A stretch of 64,000 bases of DNA from a bacterium (GTDB lineage: Bacteria; UBA8248): assembly GCA_965199855.1 (NCBI GenBank), contig OZ241326.1, forward strand, positions 1,856,001 to 1,920,000, read 5' to 3'. Made by a program: the position numbers and the translations under genes. Under the pieces are notes generated by a model that was not told the origin of the DNA, ran no database searches, and was given only the letters and a program-made list of their open reading frames with translations. This document shows positions 43,387-53,623 of the stretch, piece after piece (the stretch's first letter is position 1; the number at the start of each line of letters is the position of its first letter).

Positions 43387-46359
43387 ATGATGAAACATAA
43401 CTTGACGCTTGAAGAAGAGTTGCGCGACGCCATTGACGGTGAGGCGCGCTTTGACGTTTTCACCAGGAAGATATACAGCACCGACGCGAGCATGTATGAG
43501 ATGGAGCCCGTTGGCGTCGTCCTCCCCAGAACGGACGACGACGTGCGGAAAACGCTCGAGATCGCCCGCCGCCATCAGGCCGCCATCCTCCCCCGGGGCG
43601 GCGGCACGAGCCTCGCCGGCCAGACGGTGGGCGAGGCGATCGTCCTCGATTTTTCCAAATACATGAACCGGATGATCGAACTGAACGCGGATGAGAAATG
43701 GGCGCGCGTCCAGCCGGGACTGGTGCAGGATCATTTCAACGATTATCTGAGTCCGCATGGCTTTGTTTTCGGCCCCAATACCTCCACGAGCAGCCGCGCC
43801 ACCATCGGCGGCATGGTGGGGAACAACTCCTCCGGCTCCCGCTCCATCGTCTATGGGAAGACGGTGGATCACGTCATCGAGGCGTCCGGCTATTTCGCCG
43901 ACGGCGCGCCCTTCTCCTTCGGGCCCCGGGACGCGGACTCTCTCGAGGAGCTCATGGAGCGGGACTCGCGCTCGGGCAGGCTTCACAAGGCGATCAAGGG
44001 CGTCGTGGACGCCCACCGGAAGGAGATCGCGGATCGCTATCCCAAAATCATGCGCCGCGTGAGCGGCTACAATCTCGACGAGCTCGCCAATGAGGCGCGG
44101 CCCTTCAATCTCGCCAAGCTTCTGACGGGCTCGGAGGGAACCCTGGGCGTCATCACGGAAATCAAGGCGCGCGTGTGTCCCAAGCCGAAGGCGCTCGGCG
44201 TTCTGGTGGTTCATTTTCACGGCATCGAGGAGGCGCTCGCCGCGAGCGCGACCATTCTGGCGCACGACGTGGCGGCGATAGAGATCATCGACAGGGTGAT
44301 CATCGAACTCGCGAAGCGGAACCTCGAAGCCCGGCGCCTCATGGGCAGCTTCGTGGAGGGAGACCCGGATTCCTTCCTGACGATTGAATTCTTCGCCGAA
44401 AGCGACGAGGAGGCCAGGGAGAAAGTCGGACGCCTGCGCGATGAGCTGGAAGCGAAAAACATCGGCTACGCGCGCGTTCCCCTGAACGATCCCGCGCACA
44501 AGCGGGATTGCCTGAACATGCGAAAGGCGGGGCTGGGCTTTCTCCTCGGGCGGCGGGGCGACTGGAAGCCCTGCGCCTTCGTGGAGGACTGCGCGGTGGC
44601 GCCCGAGCGCCTGCTGGACTATTACCGGCGCTTCGAGGCGATCATGAAGAAATACGACACGGCCACCTCCTACTACGGCCACACGAGCGTGGGCTTGCTG
44701 CACCTGCGCCCGCTCATCAACCTCAAGGACGGCGCGGAGATCGAAAAAATGGCCGCCATCGCCGAGGAGGTCTCCGACCTCGTGCTCGAATACGGCGGGG
44801 CGATGAGCGGGGAGCACGGAGACGGGCTGGCGAGGAGCCAGTGGGTGCCCAAATTCTTCGGCGAGGAGCTCTACGGCGCGTTCCTGGAAGTGAAGCGGCT
44901 CTTCGACCCCGAGAACCGGATGAACCCCGGGAAAATCGTCAACGCCCTCCCCTTCACGCGGAATCTCCGCTTCGACGGAGCGCATCAGACCCCGGAGGTG
45001 CCGACCATCATGGATTTCTCGGCCGACGGCGGCTTCGCGCGCGCGGTCGAGCTTTGCAGCGGGGTGGGCGCGTGCCGGAAGCGGGACGGCACGATGTGCC
45101 CCTCCTACCAGGCGACGCTGGAGGAGGAGCACTCCACGCGCGGGCGGGCGAACGCGCTTCGGGAGGTTATCGCCAACGGAATCCCCGGGGCGGACCTGGG
45201 CAGCGAGCGGCTCTACGAGGTGCTCGACCTTTGTCTCTCCTGCAAGGGCTGCAAGGCGGAGTGTCCATCGAGCGTGGACATGGCGAAGATCAAGGCGGAG
45301 GCGCTTCAGGCCTATTACGACAGGAACGGGACGCCCCTGCGGGCGCGGCTGATGGCGCGCGTCGCGCGCGTCAACCGTCTGAGCCTCCCCCTCGCCCCCC
45401 TCGTGAACCGGACGCTGGGCAGCCGCTTCGTGCGGTTCCTTCTCGACAGGCTTCTGGGCATCGACAGGCGAAGAAGCCTCCCTCCCCTGGCGACGCCCAC
45501 CTTCGAGGAGTGGTTCCGGGGCCGCCCCGCCGCCGGAGGCTCGGCCCCCGCGCGCGGCCCGGTTTTCTTTCTGAACGACACGTTCACGAATTTTCATTAT
45601 CCCGAAATCGGCAAGGCGGCGATCAGGGTGCTCGAGGCGGCCGGCTTCGGGGTCGAACTCGCCGAGGCGGGCTGCTGCGGGCGGCCGATGATATCGCACG
45701 GCCTTCTGCGCGAGGGCCAGAAGCTGGCGGAGGAGAACGTAGCGAGGCTCGCGCCCGCGGTCGAGGCGGGCGCGCCGATTGTCGGCGTCGAGCCGAGCTG
45801 CCTGCTGACTTTTCGGGATGAATACCCGGATCTCGTGGCGGGGGACGCTACCAGGCGCCTGGCGAAAAACTCCTGGATGCTGGAGGAATTCCTGCTGCAC
45901 TTGCGCGAGAAGGGAGAACTCGATTTGAAATTCAGGGGCGGGAGCCGGAGGAAAGCCCTCTTCCACGGCCATTGCCATCAAAAGGCGCTCGCGGGCGCGG
46001 AGCCTTCCCTGGCCGCGCTTGGCCTGATCCCCGGCCTGGCGGTGGAGCAGATCGCCTCGGGCTGCTGCGGCATGGCGGGTTCATTCGGCTACGAGAAGGA
46101 GCATTACGACGTTTCGCTCGCCATCGGCGAGATGAAGCTCTTCCCCGCCCTGCGGGAGGCGGAAGACGACGCGGCCATCATCGCCAACGGCGTCTCCTGC
46201 CGGCAGCAAATCGCCGCGGGCGTAGGCAAAAAGGCGCTTCACCTGGCCGAGGCGCTCGCCGAGGCGCTGGAAGAACAGGAGAAAAATGATATGGTAAAGA
46301 GAAACGTTGTCTCAGTGCACACGCTCAATAGGAGACTTGAAAATGGCCCAGATTATTGA
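43387..46359 (+). CDS. FAD-linked, Fe-S-containing oxidoreductase (YdiJ / D-2-hydroxyacid dehydrogenase-like)
   Basis: PRGGGTSLAGQ, GSEGTLG, SGEHGDG, CSGVGACR, CLSCKGCKAECP, CCG domains. Confidence 0.88.
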   Translation: MMKHNLTLEEELRDAIDGEARFDVFTRKIYSTDASMYEMEPVGVVLPRTDDDVRKTLEIARRHQAAILPRGGGTSLAGQTVGEAIVLDFSKYMNRMIELNADEKWARVQPGLVQDHFNDYLSPHGFVFGPNTSTSSRATIGGMVGNNSSGSRSIVYGKTVDHVIEASGYFADGAPFSFGPRDADSLEELMERDSRSGRLHKAIKGVVDAHRKEIADRYPKIMRRVSGYNLDELANEARPFNLAKLLTGSEGTLGVITEIKARVCPKPKALGVLVVHFHGIEEALAASATILAHDVAAIEIIDRVIIELAKRNLEARRLMGSFVEGDPDSFLTIEFFAESDEEAREKVGRLRDELEAKNIGYARVPLNDPAHKRDCLNMRKAGLGFLLGRRGDWKPCAFVEDCAVAPERLLDYYRRFEAIMKKYDTATSYYGHTSVGLLHLRPLINLKDGAEIEKMAAIAEEVSDLVLEYGGAMSGEHGDGLARSQWVPKFFGEELYGAFLEVKRLFDPENRMNPGKIVNALPFTRNLRFDGAHQTPEVPTIMDFSADGGFARAVELCSGVGACRKRDGTMCPSYQATLEEEHSTRGRANALREVIANGIPGADLGSERLYEVLDLCLSCKGCKAECPSSVDMAKIKAEALQAYYDRNGTPLRARLMARVARVNRLSLPLAPLVNRTLGSRFVRFLLDRLLGIDRRRSLPPLATPTFEEWFRGRPAAGGSAPARGPVFFLNDTFTNFHYPEIGKAAIRVLEAAGFGVELAEAGCCGRPMISHGLLREGQKLAEENVARLAPAVEAGAPIVGVEPSCLLTFRDEYPDLVAGDATRRLAKNSWMLEEFLLHLREKGELDLKFRGGSRRKALFHGHCHQKALAGAEPSLAALGLIPGLAVEQIASGCCGMAGSFGYEKEHYDVSLAIGEMKLFPALREAEDDAAIIANGVSCRQQIAAGVGKKALHLAEALAEALEEQEKNDMVKRNVVSVHTLNRRLENGPDY

Positions 46360-48037
46360 GGCCAAGGAACAAAGACTGGGGGATATATTCAACGACGCTT
46401 ACGATTTCAGAATACCCCCATATCAACGGCCTTACGCATGGACGACGGAGCAAACGTCCGCTCTTCTCGATGACCTGCAGACGGCTCTCAATACTGGCGG
46501 AAATGTAAAGATAGAGGAAATGCCGCCCTACTTTCTTGGGAGCATTGTCGTCATAAAGGAAAGAGAGAAGGCGCCCTCTGACGTCATTGACGGCCAGCAG
46601 CGGCTCACCACTCTCACGATTCTGCTTTGCGTCCTGCGCGAGATCGAAGAGGAGCCCAAAAGGAAAATCGCTCTTCATAAACGTGTGAACGCATCGGGAG
46701 ACCCCTTTGTAGGCACTCCCGACAGGTTCAGGTTGCAGTTGCGAGAGCGGGACAAAGAATTTTTCAGAGCGAGGGTGCAAACCGAGGGACATCTGAAAAA
46801 ATTCCTGGATGAAAGTCAAAACGAGAAATTGACGGATAGCCGGAAGCGGATATTTGAAAACGCTCAACATTTGTGGACTGAACTCTTTAAGCTTGATCAA
46901 TCAAAGCGGCACAGACTGATAGAATTTCTTCTCCAGCGTTGTTATCTCGTCGTCGTCTCCTCCTCAAACCTGGATTCGGCGTACCGCGTATTCGCCGTGA
47001 TGAATGATCGCGGACTCGACCTTTCCGCTACGGATATCCTCAAGGCCGAAATTATCGGAGAGTTGCCCGAAGATAACCGTGAGGCCTACACCGAAAAGTG
47101 GGAAGAAATTGAAGAAGAGCTGGGGCGTGATGATTTCGCAAGCCTCTTTGCCCATATTCGGATGATCTATCAGAAGTGCAAACAGCAACGAACCTTGATT
47201 CAGGAATTTCTCGAAGGCGTCCTGCCTCAGACAAAAGGCGAAAAATTTATTGACGATGTGCTCGTACCGCTTTCGGAGTCATATCAGGTCGTCGTAAAGA
47301 CTGGCTATGAGAGCGCCAACGATGCCGACAAGATCAATAGATACCTAGAGTATTTGAGGGGTCTCGACAATTTCGATTGGGTGCCGCCGGCAATCGCTTT
47401 TTTCGCACGTCACAAAGGCGATTTTGATCGGCTCCTTCAATTCACGCGCGATCTTGAGCGACTGGCCTATGTCTTGTTCATTCGCGGAGCAGACGTCAAC
47501 AAACGCATCATCCGTTATGCGAAGATTCTACTGGCGATCGAAAAAGGGGACGGTCTTTACGAGGATACCGCGCCGCTCCCACTGAAACCCGAAGAAAAGA
47601 GAGAAGTTCGTGAGATACTTGACGGAGATATCTACAATACTTGGCGTACCAAGTCCTTGCGCCTCTTGCTCCTCCGGCTGGATAGCCTGTTGGCCGGTGA
47701 AGGGGCTACCTATGATCACAAAACCATCAGCGTCGAGCATGTCCTTCCCCAAGCCCCGGCAGGGGAATGGTTGAAGTTGTTCCCCGACGAGCAGGACAGA
47801 GAAAACTGGACGCATAAGCTTGCCAATCTGGTTTTGCTCTCCCGCAAAACAAATGCGAAAGTGCAAAATCATGACTTTGAGCGCAAAAAAACAGGGTATT
47901 TCTCAACAGAAGATGGCGTTAGTCCCTTCGCCCTCACCACCCAGGTGTTGCAACAATCGGAATGGACTACGGATGTTTTGGAAAGACGCCAACGAGAGCT
48001 CCTGGAGAAGTTGGCGAAAGAATGGCGGCTTGATTAG
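46343..48037 (+). CDS. GmrSD-family (DUF262 + DUF1524 HNH) predicted modification-dependent restriction nuclease
   Basis: IPPYQRPYAW, IDGQQRLTT, FAVMNDRG (DUF262); SVEHVLPQ, LANLVLL...N (DUF1524). Visibly lower GC than its neighbours. Confidence 0.88.
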   Translation: MAQIIEAKEQRLGDIFNDAYDFRIPPYQRPYAWTTEQTSALLDDLQTALNTGGNVKIEEMPPYFLGSIVVIKEREKAPSDVIDGQQRLTTLTILLCVLREIEEEPKRKIALHKRVNASGDPFVGTPDRFRLQLRERDKEFFRARVQTEGHLKKFLDESQNEKLTDSRKRIFENAQHLWTELFKLDQSKRHRLIEFLLQRCYLVVVSSSNLDSAYRVFAVMNDRGLDLSATDILKAEIIGELPEDNREAYTEKWEEIEEELGRDDFASLFAHIRMIYQKCKQQRTLIQEFLEGVLPQTKGEKFIDDVLVPLSESYQVVVKTGYESANDADKINRYLEYLRGLDNFDWVPPAIAFFARHKGDFDRLLQFTRDLERLAYVLFIRGADVNKRIIRYAKILLAIEKGDGLYEDTAPLPLKPEEKREVREILDGDIYNTWRTKSLRLLLLRLDSLLAGEGATYDHKTISVEHVLPQAPAGEWLKLFPDEQDRENWTHKLANLVLLSRKTNAKVQNHDFERKKTGYFSTEDGVSPFALTTQVLQQSEWTTDVLERRQRELLEKLAKEWRLD

Positions 48038-48085
48038 CCAGACGAACTGCAGGCCAAGCCCGGCAAGTCGCCGATATGCCCCCTC

Positions 48086-49180
48086 CTAGTCCGGATTCCG
48101 GATGACTGACCTGAGCGTCTCGCCGCGCTCCATGGCCTCGAAGGCGGGCTCCACGTCCTCCAGGCCGATGACCTGGGTGACCATGCGGTCGAGGTCCAGC
48201 TCCCCCTTCTCGTACCAGTCGGCGAGAAGCGGAAAATCCCTTGAGGGCAGGCAATCCCCATACCAGCTCACGCGCAGCGCGCCGCCCAGGCCGAAGAACT
48301 GGAGCATGGGCAATTCCACCTTCATGTCGGGAGACGGCACGCCGATGAGCGTGCAGGTGCCGGCCAGATCGCGCGACCAGAGGGCCTGGAGAAGCGTTCC
48401 GGGCGTTCCCACGGCCTCGAAGGAGTAATCCACGCCGCTGCCGCCGGTGAGCTCCTTGATCGCCTCGACCGGGTCGGTCTCCGAGGCGTTGACGACGTCG
48501 GTTGCGCCGAACTCCCGGGCCCAGGCGAGCTTGTTCTCCGCGATATCGACGCCGATGATTCTGGCCGCCCGCGACATTTTGGTGCCCATGATGACGCTGC
48601 ACCCCACGCCGCCGCATCCATACACCGCCACGCTGCTCCCGCGCCTGACCTGGGCGGTGTAGAGCGAGGCGCCCACGCCCGTCATCACCCCGCAGCCGAT
48701 GAGGCAGGCCTGCTCCGGCGTACAGACGGTCGGCACCTTGACGGCCTGCTTCGCCGAGACGACCGTGTGCGTGCAGAACGTGCCGATGCCGAGGGAGGGG
48801 CTCAGGGGCTGTCCGTCTTTTTTCGCGCGGATTCTGGAGGCCGCGTTCAGGCTGGCGGCGCAAAGATGGGGCTGGCCGATGGCGCAGAACCGGCAGACGC
48901 CGCAGGGGGCGCGCCAGGCGAGGACGACGTAATCCCCCGCGGCCAGATCGGACACGCCCTCCCCCACTTCCTGGACGACGCCAGAGCCCTCGTGGCCGAG
49001 GAGATAGGGAAATTCATCCCCGATTTTTCCGAGCTTGTAGTGGAGGTCGGTGTGGCAGACGCCGCTCGCCTGGATTTTGACCAGCGCCTCGCCGGGGCCC
49101 GGGGAACCAAGCTCGATTTCCTCCACTTCCGCGCGCGCCCCCGCCTTTCTCGAAATCACGCCGTGGCCGATGATGCTCAT
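48086..49180 (-). CDS. Zn-dependent alcohol dehydrogenase, S-(hydroxymethyl)mycothiol dehydrogenase (MscR)-like
   Basis: GVCHTDLHY, LLGHEG, CGVCRFC..G.P.LC, GCGGVG, SWYGDCLPSRDFP. Confidence 0.8.
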   Translation of the reverse strand: MSIIGHGVISRKAGARAEVEEIELGSPGPGEALVKIQASGVCHTDLHYKLGKIGDEFPYLLGHEGSGVVQEVGEGVSDLAAGDYVVLAWRAPCGVCRFCAIGQPHLCAASLNAASRIRAKKDGQPLSPSLGIGTFCTHTVVSAKQAVKVPTVCTPEQACLIGCGVMTGVGASLYTAQVRRGSSVAVYGCGGVGCSVIMGTKMSRAARIIGVDIAENKLAWAREFGATDVVNASETDPVEAIKELTGGSGVDYSFEAVGTPGTLLQALWSRDLAGTCTLIGVPSPDMKVELPMLQFFGLGGALRVSWYGDCLPSRDFPLLADWYEKGELDLDRMVTQVIGLEDVEPAFEAMERGETLRSVIRNPD

Positions 49181-49306
49181 TCGCTCCCCCCTTTCCCCGG
49201 ATCGCGCATTCCCGGCGCGCCCGCTATAATGCGCCGCGCAAGCTTCGATGCTTTCAAGAATGGCATGATTGTCGCGCATGAGGGATTTTCGCGCAAGGAG
49301 GGGAAT

Positions 49307-50497
49307 ATGTCCGAAGAACTGTATCCGCGCTTCTCGGAAGAGGAGATGGGCAGGCGGCACGGGCTGGCGAGGGGTCTGATGGAGACCGAGGGTCTGGACG
49401 CCCTCCTGTTCTTCGGCCTCGGCGGGACGAACCGAAACGCCCAGGCGAACATTTACTGGCTCTCGTGCTACAGGGATTTCAACCACTGCTATCTGATTTT
49501 TCCCCGGGAAGCCCCCCCTTCCCTTTTCACCGGCCTCTACAACCACCTGCACAACGCCCGGATGCAGTGCATCTTCGAGGACGTGCGCCACGGCGCCTAT
49601 GGGAACCCCGAGCGCATGGCGGATCAGCTCGACGCCCTGGGGCTGGGGAGCGCGCGCGTCGGCCTCGTGGGGCTGAACCCCCGCTTCCGGATTCTGCTGC
49701 CCTTCGAGCACATGGACTACCTCAAGGAGCGCTTTCCCGAAGCGCGCTGGATCGACGTGAGCGCCAAATTCCGGGACTTGAGGCTGGTCAAGAGCGAGGA
49801 GGAGATCGCGTGGCTCACCGAGGGAGCGAGGCTCACCGACCTCGCCATGGAGGCGGCGACCGTTCACGCGAGGCCCGGGATTCGGGAGATCGAGCTGTCG
49901 GGCCGGATGGCCTCCGCGTTCCGGGAGCAGGGCGGCGAGCAGATGGTGCAGTTCGTGACGGCCACGCCGATGGCGAATCCCCGCACCCCCGTCCCCTGGC
50001 AGAATCCCACGATGAGAAAACTGGAGGTCGGCGACGCGCTCATCATGGAGATCAGCGCGGCCTGGCAGGGCTACGCGGGCCAGAGTTTGCGCACCTTCAC
50101 CATCGGCGCGGACCCGACGCCGCCCTATCAGGCGCTGCTCGACGCCGCCATCGAGGTGTTCGAGAGCGTGGGCGCGACGATGAAGGCGGGAAATTCCGCC
50201 CGGGCCGTCTTCGAGGCCACCGATTCTCTGCCCGAGAAGGGATTTGAGATTTACGACTCCCTCGCCCATGGCTTCGGCACGGATTTGCTTCAGCCCTCCA
50301 TCGGCATCCGGGGGTCGAACTACCTCGCCCCGCCGGCCGATTTCAGATACGAGGAAAACATGGTGATGGTGATTCAGCCGAACCCGATGGACGCGGAGGG
50401 CCGCGGCGTGCAGATGGGCGATTTGGGCGTGGTCACCCGGGAGGGCTTCCGGTCCCTGCACACGTTCCCCATGCGCGCGTTTCGGTGCGGGGGCTGA
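49307..50497 (+). CDS. M24 / creatinase-fold hydrolase
   Basis: FSEEE..RR N-domain, RLVKSEEEI, RPGIRE.E, GY...RT, HGFG. GGAGG upstream. Confidence 0.8.
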   Translation: MSEELYPRFSEEEMGRRHGLARGLMETEGLDALLFFGLGGTNRNAQANIYWLSCYRDFNHCYLIFPREAPPSLFTGLYNHLHNARMQCIFEDVRHGAYGNPERMADQLDALGLGSARVGLVGLNPRFRILLPFEHMDYLKERFPEARWIDVSAKFRDLRLVKSEEEIAWLTEGARLTDLAMEAATVHARPGIREIELSGRMASAFREQGGEQMVQFVTATPMANPRTPVPWQNPTMRKLEVGDALIMEISAAWQGYAGQSLRTFTIGADPTPPYQALLDAAIEVFESVGATMKAGNSARAVFEATDSLPEKGFEIYDSLAHGFGTDLLQPSIGIRGSNYLAPPADFRYEENMVMVIQPNPMDAEGRGVQMGDLGVVTREGFRSLHTFPMRAFRCGG

Positions 50498-50608
50498 GGG
50501 CGCTCCCTCGGCGGGAACCTTCCGCCGTCCCGTTCAGTCCCCATATTCTCGGCGGATGGCCCCGGCCGCGCGAACGCTCGCGCCGAAATGCCCGGCCGCA
50601 GGGGATAT

Positions 50609-51526
50609 TCAGGCGTCCAGGTGATCGGCCAGATAGGCGATGGCCCTCCCGATCGCCGCTTTCTGGAGATCGTCAACGGCGTATTCTCCATCCTCTCCCC
50701 GCTCGGGGAAAATATATCGGTGCATCGGATGATCGTATGAAGCCCACTCGACGTCGCTTCCCGCCTCGCGCATCAAATCGTAAACGGCCCGGAATATGCC
50801 CTGGAGATGATCCCCCTCTCTGCCCATGACGAGAATCGGCGCGCGGACGCGCCGCATTCTCTCAAGCGCCAGTTCTTCGTTGATGCGCGCCCTGACCTTC
50901 TCGACCTCCGCCATCACCATCCCCTCGATGTTTCTGAGGCGGGTTTCCTCGTTGACGAACGCGGTCTCGTCCGGCGCGAGGTCGAGAAATTCATGGGCGG
51001 CCGGCTCGCAGGCCACGCAGGCTCGAACGCCGTCGTATTCCGCGGTGATTTTCAGGATCATCTCACCCGCGTGACTCACGCCCATGAGGCCGATGCGGTT
51101 CTCGTCCACTTCGGGCAGCGTTCTCAGATGCCTGATGATCGAAATTTCGTCTTCGTATTCCAGCGGGGAGCGGTTCAGAAGCTGCCTGCCCTGCCGGACG
51201 TCCTCGACGAGGCGTCCCCCCTTGCTGTAGCCGAGCTCCACTTCCGCGCGGTATCTCAGCCAGGCGCAGGCGTAGCCCGCCTCCAGCAGACGCTCCTGAA
51301 CGTAGCCTTTGCTTCGGGTCGCCTCGCGCACCCAGGCCATTCCGCCGCCGCCGTTTCCGCTCGCCAGCAAGACGGCGGGATGAGGCCCCGCCCCCTTGGG
51401 CGTCCTCAACCCTATCGGCGCATATACGCCGTCGAGCAGTTCGACATACATGAGATGAACGGGGTATTCCGAACCCGGGACCCGCTCGGCGATGACGACG
51501 CGCTCGGGATTGATTCCGGTTTCCAA
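50609..51526 (-). CDS. Alpha/beta hydrolase (S9 / dienelactone hydrolase-like)
   Basis: VDENRIGLMGVSHAG nucleophile elbow; C-terminal His in HPMH. Confidence 0.72.
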   Translation of the reverse strand: METGINPERVVIAERVPGSEYPVHLMYVELLDGVYAPIGLRTPKGAGPHPAVLLASGNGGGGMAWVREATRSKGYVQERLLEAGYACAWLRYRAEVELGYSKGGRLVEDVRQGRQLLNRSPLEYEDEISIIRHLRTLPEVDENRIGLMGVSHAGEMILKITAEYDGVRACVACEPAAHEFLDLAPDETAFVNEETRLRNIEGMVMAEVEKVRARINEELALERMRRVRAPILVMGREGDHLQGIFRAVYDLMREAGSDVEWASYDHPMHRYIFPERGEDGEYAVDDLQKAAIGRAIAYLADHLDA

Positions 51527-51599
51527 AGAATGCTCCTCATCGGGGCGAAGCGCTTCCGGCCCGGCGCGAGAGTCCAGCAGTCGGGACGGCGATTTCTCC

Positions 51600-51676
51600 T
51601 GGTACCCCCGGCAGGATTCGAACCTGCGGCCTACGGATTAGGAATCCGGCGCTCTATCCTGCTGAGCTACGGGGGC
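51600..51676 (-). tRNA. tRNA-Arg (CCT)
   Basis: Reverse complement GCCCCCGTAGCTCAGCAGGATAGAGCGCCGGA-TTCCTAA-TCCGT...GTTCGAATC...ACCA, 77 nt. Confidence 0.95.
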
Positions 51677-51702
51677 ACGAGACGAAGGCGGCGATCCTTT
51701 CC

Positions 51703-52230
51703 TCAATCGTATTTTATCAAAGCGCGCACGGGGTGTGGAGCGAGGCGCTCGCGCCCGTTGAGAAACGCGAGCTCGATGAAGAACGAGAGTCCATGCACGC
51801 GGCCGCCGAGGGATTCCACGAGCGACACGCAGGCGGCGGCGGTGCCGCCGGTGGCGAGCAGGTCGTCGGCGATGACGACCTTCATGCCGGGCGCGACGGC
51901 GTCCTTGTGAATTTCGAGCGCGCCGCTCCCGTATTCGAGTTCATAGGCGGCCCGCGCCTTCTCCCAGGGAAGTTTTCCCGGCTTTCTCGCCAGGACGAAG
52001 CCCGCCCCGATCTTGCAGGCCAAAGGCGCCCCGATGATGAAGCCTCGCGCCTCCGCGCCCAGCACCATGTCGATTTCCTCTCCCATCAGAGGCTCCGCCG
52101 CCATGTCCAGCGCCGTCCGGAAAGCCCTGGCGTTTTGCAGAAGGGGGGTGATGTCCTTGAATACGACGCCCTCTTTAGGGAAATCCGGCACGTCCCGGAC
52201 GTAGGGCAGAAGTTCGCTGATCCCGGACAT
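51703..52230 (-). CDS. apt: Adenine phosphoribosyltransferase
   Basis: [35 protein letters not shown]. Confidence 0.97.
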   Translation of the reverse strand: MSGISELLPYVRDVPDFPKEGVVFKDITPLLQNARAFRTALDMAAEPLMGEEIDMVLGAEARGFIIGAPLACKIGAGFVLARKPGKLPWEKARAAYELEYGSGALEIHKDAVAPGMKVVIADDLLATGGTAAACVSLVESLGGRVHGLSFFIELAFLNGRERLAPHPVRALIKYD

Positions 52231-52266
52231 GAGCCCGAATCCTCTCGGCGGGGAGCGGATGCGTTT

Positions 52267-53106
52267 TTACGGCAAATAGGATAGCGGGTTTTGGGGCCGC
52301 GTGCGATGCCTGATCTCGAAATGAAGGCGCGCGCTCTTGAAGCGCCGCGTGCGGCCCGCCAGGGCGATGGGCGCCCCGCGCGAGACCCGCTGACCCTTGC
52401 GCACGAGGTTCTTGGCGACGTGGGCGTAGATGGAGTGATACTCGCCTCCCCGGTGGCGCAGGATGATGAGGCGACCGAGATTCCCGGGGCCGAAATCGGA
52501 GAAAATGACGCGGCCCGGCGCGGCGGCGCGCACCTTGTCGCGTTCGCGGGCGGCGATGAGGATGCCGTTCGCCCTTTGGCCGCCTCGCGCCCTGAAGCGG
52601 CGCATCACGCGGCCCCGCAAGGGCCAGGAGAATCGGGGCGCGCCCTTGACCGCCGCCCTCCTCCCCTCCTTCGCGCGCGCGCGGCACTCCCCGCCGGGGC
52701 TTTTCGCTCTCGCTTTCGGTGAGGCGGAGACGCGGCGCGGCGGAGGCGTCTTCCGGCGAGGCGGAGCCGCCCATCGAGGGCGGCGCTTCGGGGGCTGGCG
52801 AGGAACTTTGGCTGCCGGGACGCGGCGCGCGCCTTTCGCGCCCGGGATGAAGAGCCGCTTGCCCGCCTGCAGGCGATCGGGGTTGTCGATGCCGTTCAGG
52901 ACGGCGATTTGCTCGACTTCCACCCCATAGGCGCGTCCGATGAGCCAGAGGCTCTCGCCGCGCCGCACGGTGTGATGAACGCCGCCCGGGTCCCGGATTT
53001 CGGGGGCTTCGCGCCGCTCCCTCGCGTCCCGGCTTCTCTGCGGCGGTTCAACCAGTGCGCAGCCGCTCAGCAAAATCAAGAAAAACAGGCATCCCCTGCG
53101 CCGCAT
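52267..53106 (-). CDS. nlpD: LysM + degenerate M23 lipoprotein (NlpD-like)
   Basis: Lipobox LLSGC, LysM HTVRRGESLW, WPLRG, NGILI, YAH, LHFEIR. Confidence 0.82.
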   Translation of the reverse strand: MRRRGCLFFLILLSGCALVEPPQRSRDARERREAPEIRDPGGVHHTVRRGESLWLIGRAYGVEVEQIAVLNGIDNPDRLQAGKRLFIPGAKGARRVPAAKVPRQPPKRRPRWAAPPRRKTPPPRRVSASPKARAKSPGGECRARAKEGRRAAVKGAPRFSWPLRGRVMRRFRARGGQRANGILIAARERDKVRAAAPGRVIFSDFGPGNLGRLIILRHRGGEYHSIYAHVAKNLVRKGQRVSRGAPIALAGRTRRFKSARLHFEIRHRTRPQNPLSYLP

Positions 53107-53176
53107 TGCGCGTCGTCCTCCTGCAACTGGAGCGGGCGAAACGTCCAATCAAGCCTCCACACCGCGCGTCATTGCG

Positions 53177-53623
53177 TCAGGAATCCAAAGCGAGCCTCAC
53201 GGCCTCCCGGGGGCTGGAGGCGCGAAGTACCCCCTCCGGGCTGTTCTCGCGCCCGAGGGAGACGACCCGCTTGCCGAGTTTTAACCCCAGTGCGATTTCA
53301 GACAGGGTGCCGTGCGCGCCCGCCAGGGCGATGAGCGCGTGGGCCGTGGCCGCTATGATGGCGTTTCGGGCGTGTCCCATGCCGGTGGCGACGGGAATGT
53401 CGATGAACGGATTGGCGGATTTCGCGTCATAGGAAGGCAGAACGCCCACCGTGAGGCCGCCCGCTTCTTTCGCCCCGCGCGCGGCGGCGCACATGACGCC
53501 GCCCAGCCCCCCGCATACGAGCACGGCGCCCGCCTTGGCGATTTCGGCGCCCGCCGCCTTCGCCAGGGAGTCCGTCTCCGGGGCAGGATCGGAATCGCCG
53601 ACCACGCCGATGATGGTTCGCAT
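53177..53623 (-). CDS. TIGR00725 / LOG-superfamily protein
   Basis: CGGLGGVM, TVGVLP, TGMGHARN, GTLSEIALG. Confidence 0.85.
   Translation of the reverse strand: MRTIIGVVGDSDPAPETDSLAKAAGAEIAKAGAVLVCGGLGGVMCAAARGAKEAGGLTVGVLPSYDAKSANPFIDIPVATGMGHARNAIIAATAHALIALAGAHGTLSEIALGLKLGKRVVSLGRENSPEGVLRASSPREAVRLALDS

Noticed and set aside
49181-50461. Apparent 427-aa N-terminal extension making the dehydrogenase 791 aa
   Set aside because: The extension is the antisense shadow of the M24 gene. The likely start is 49180, preceded by a purine-rich ribosome-binding site.
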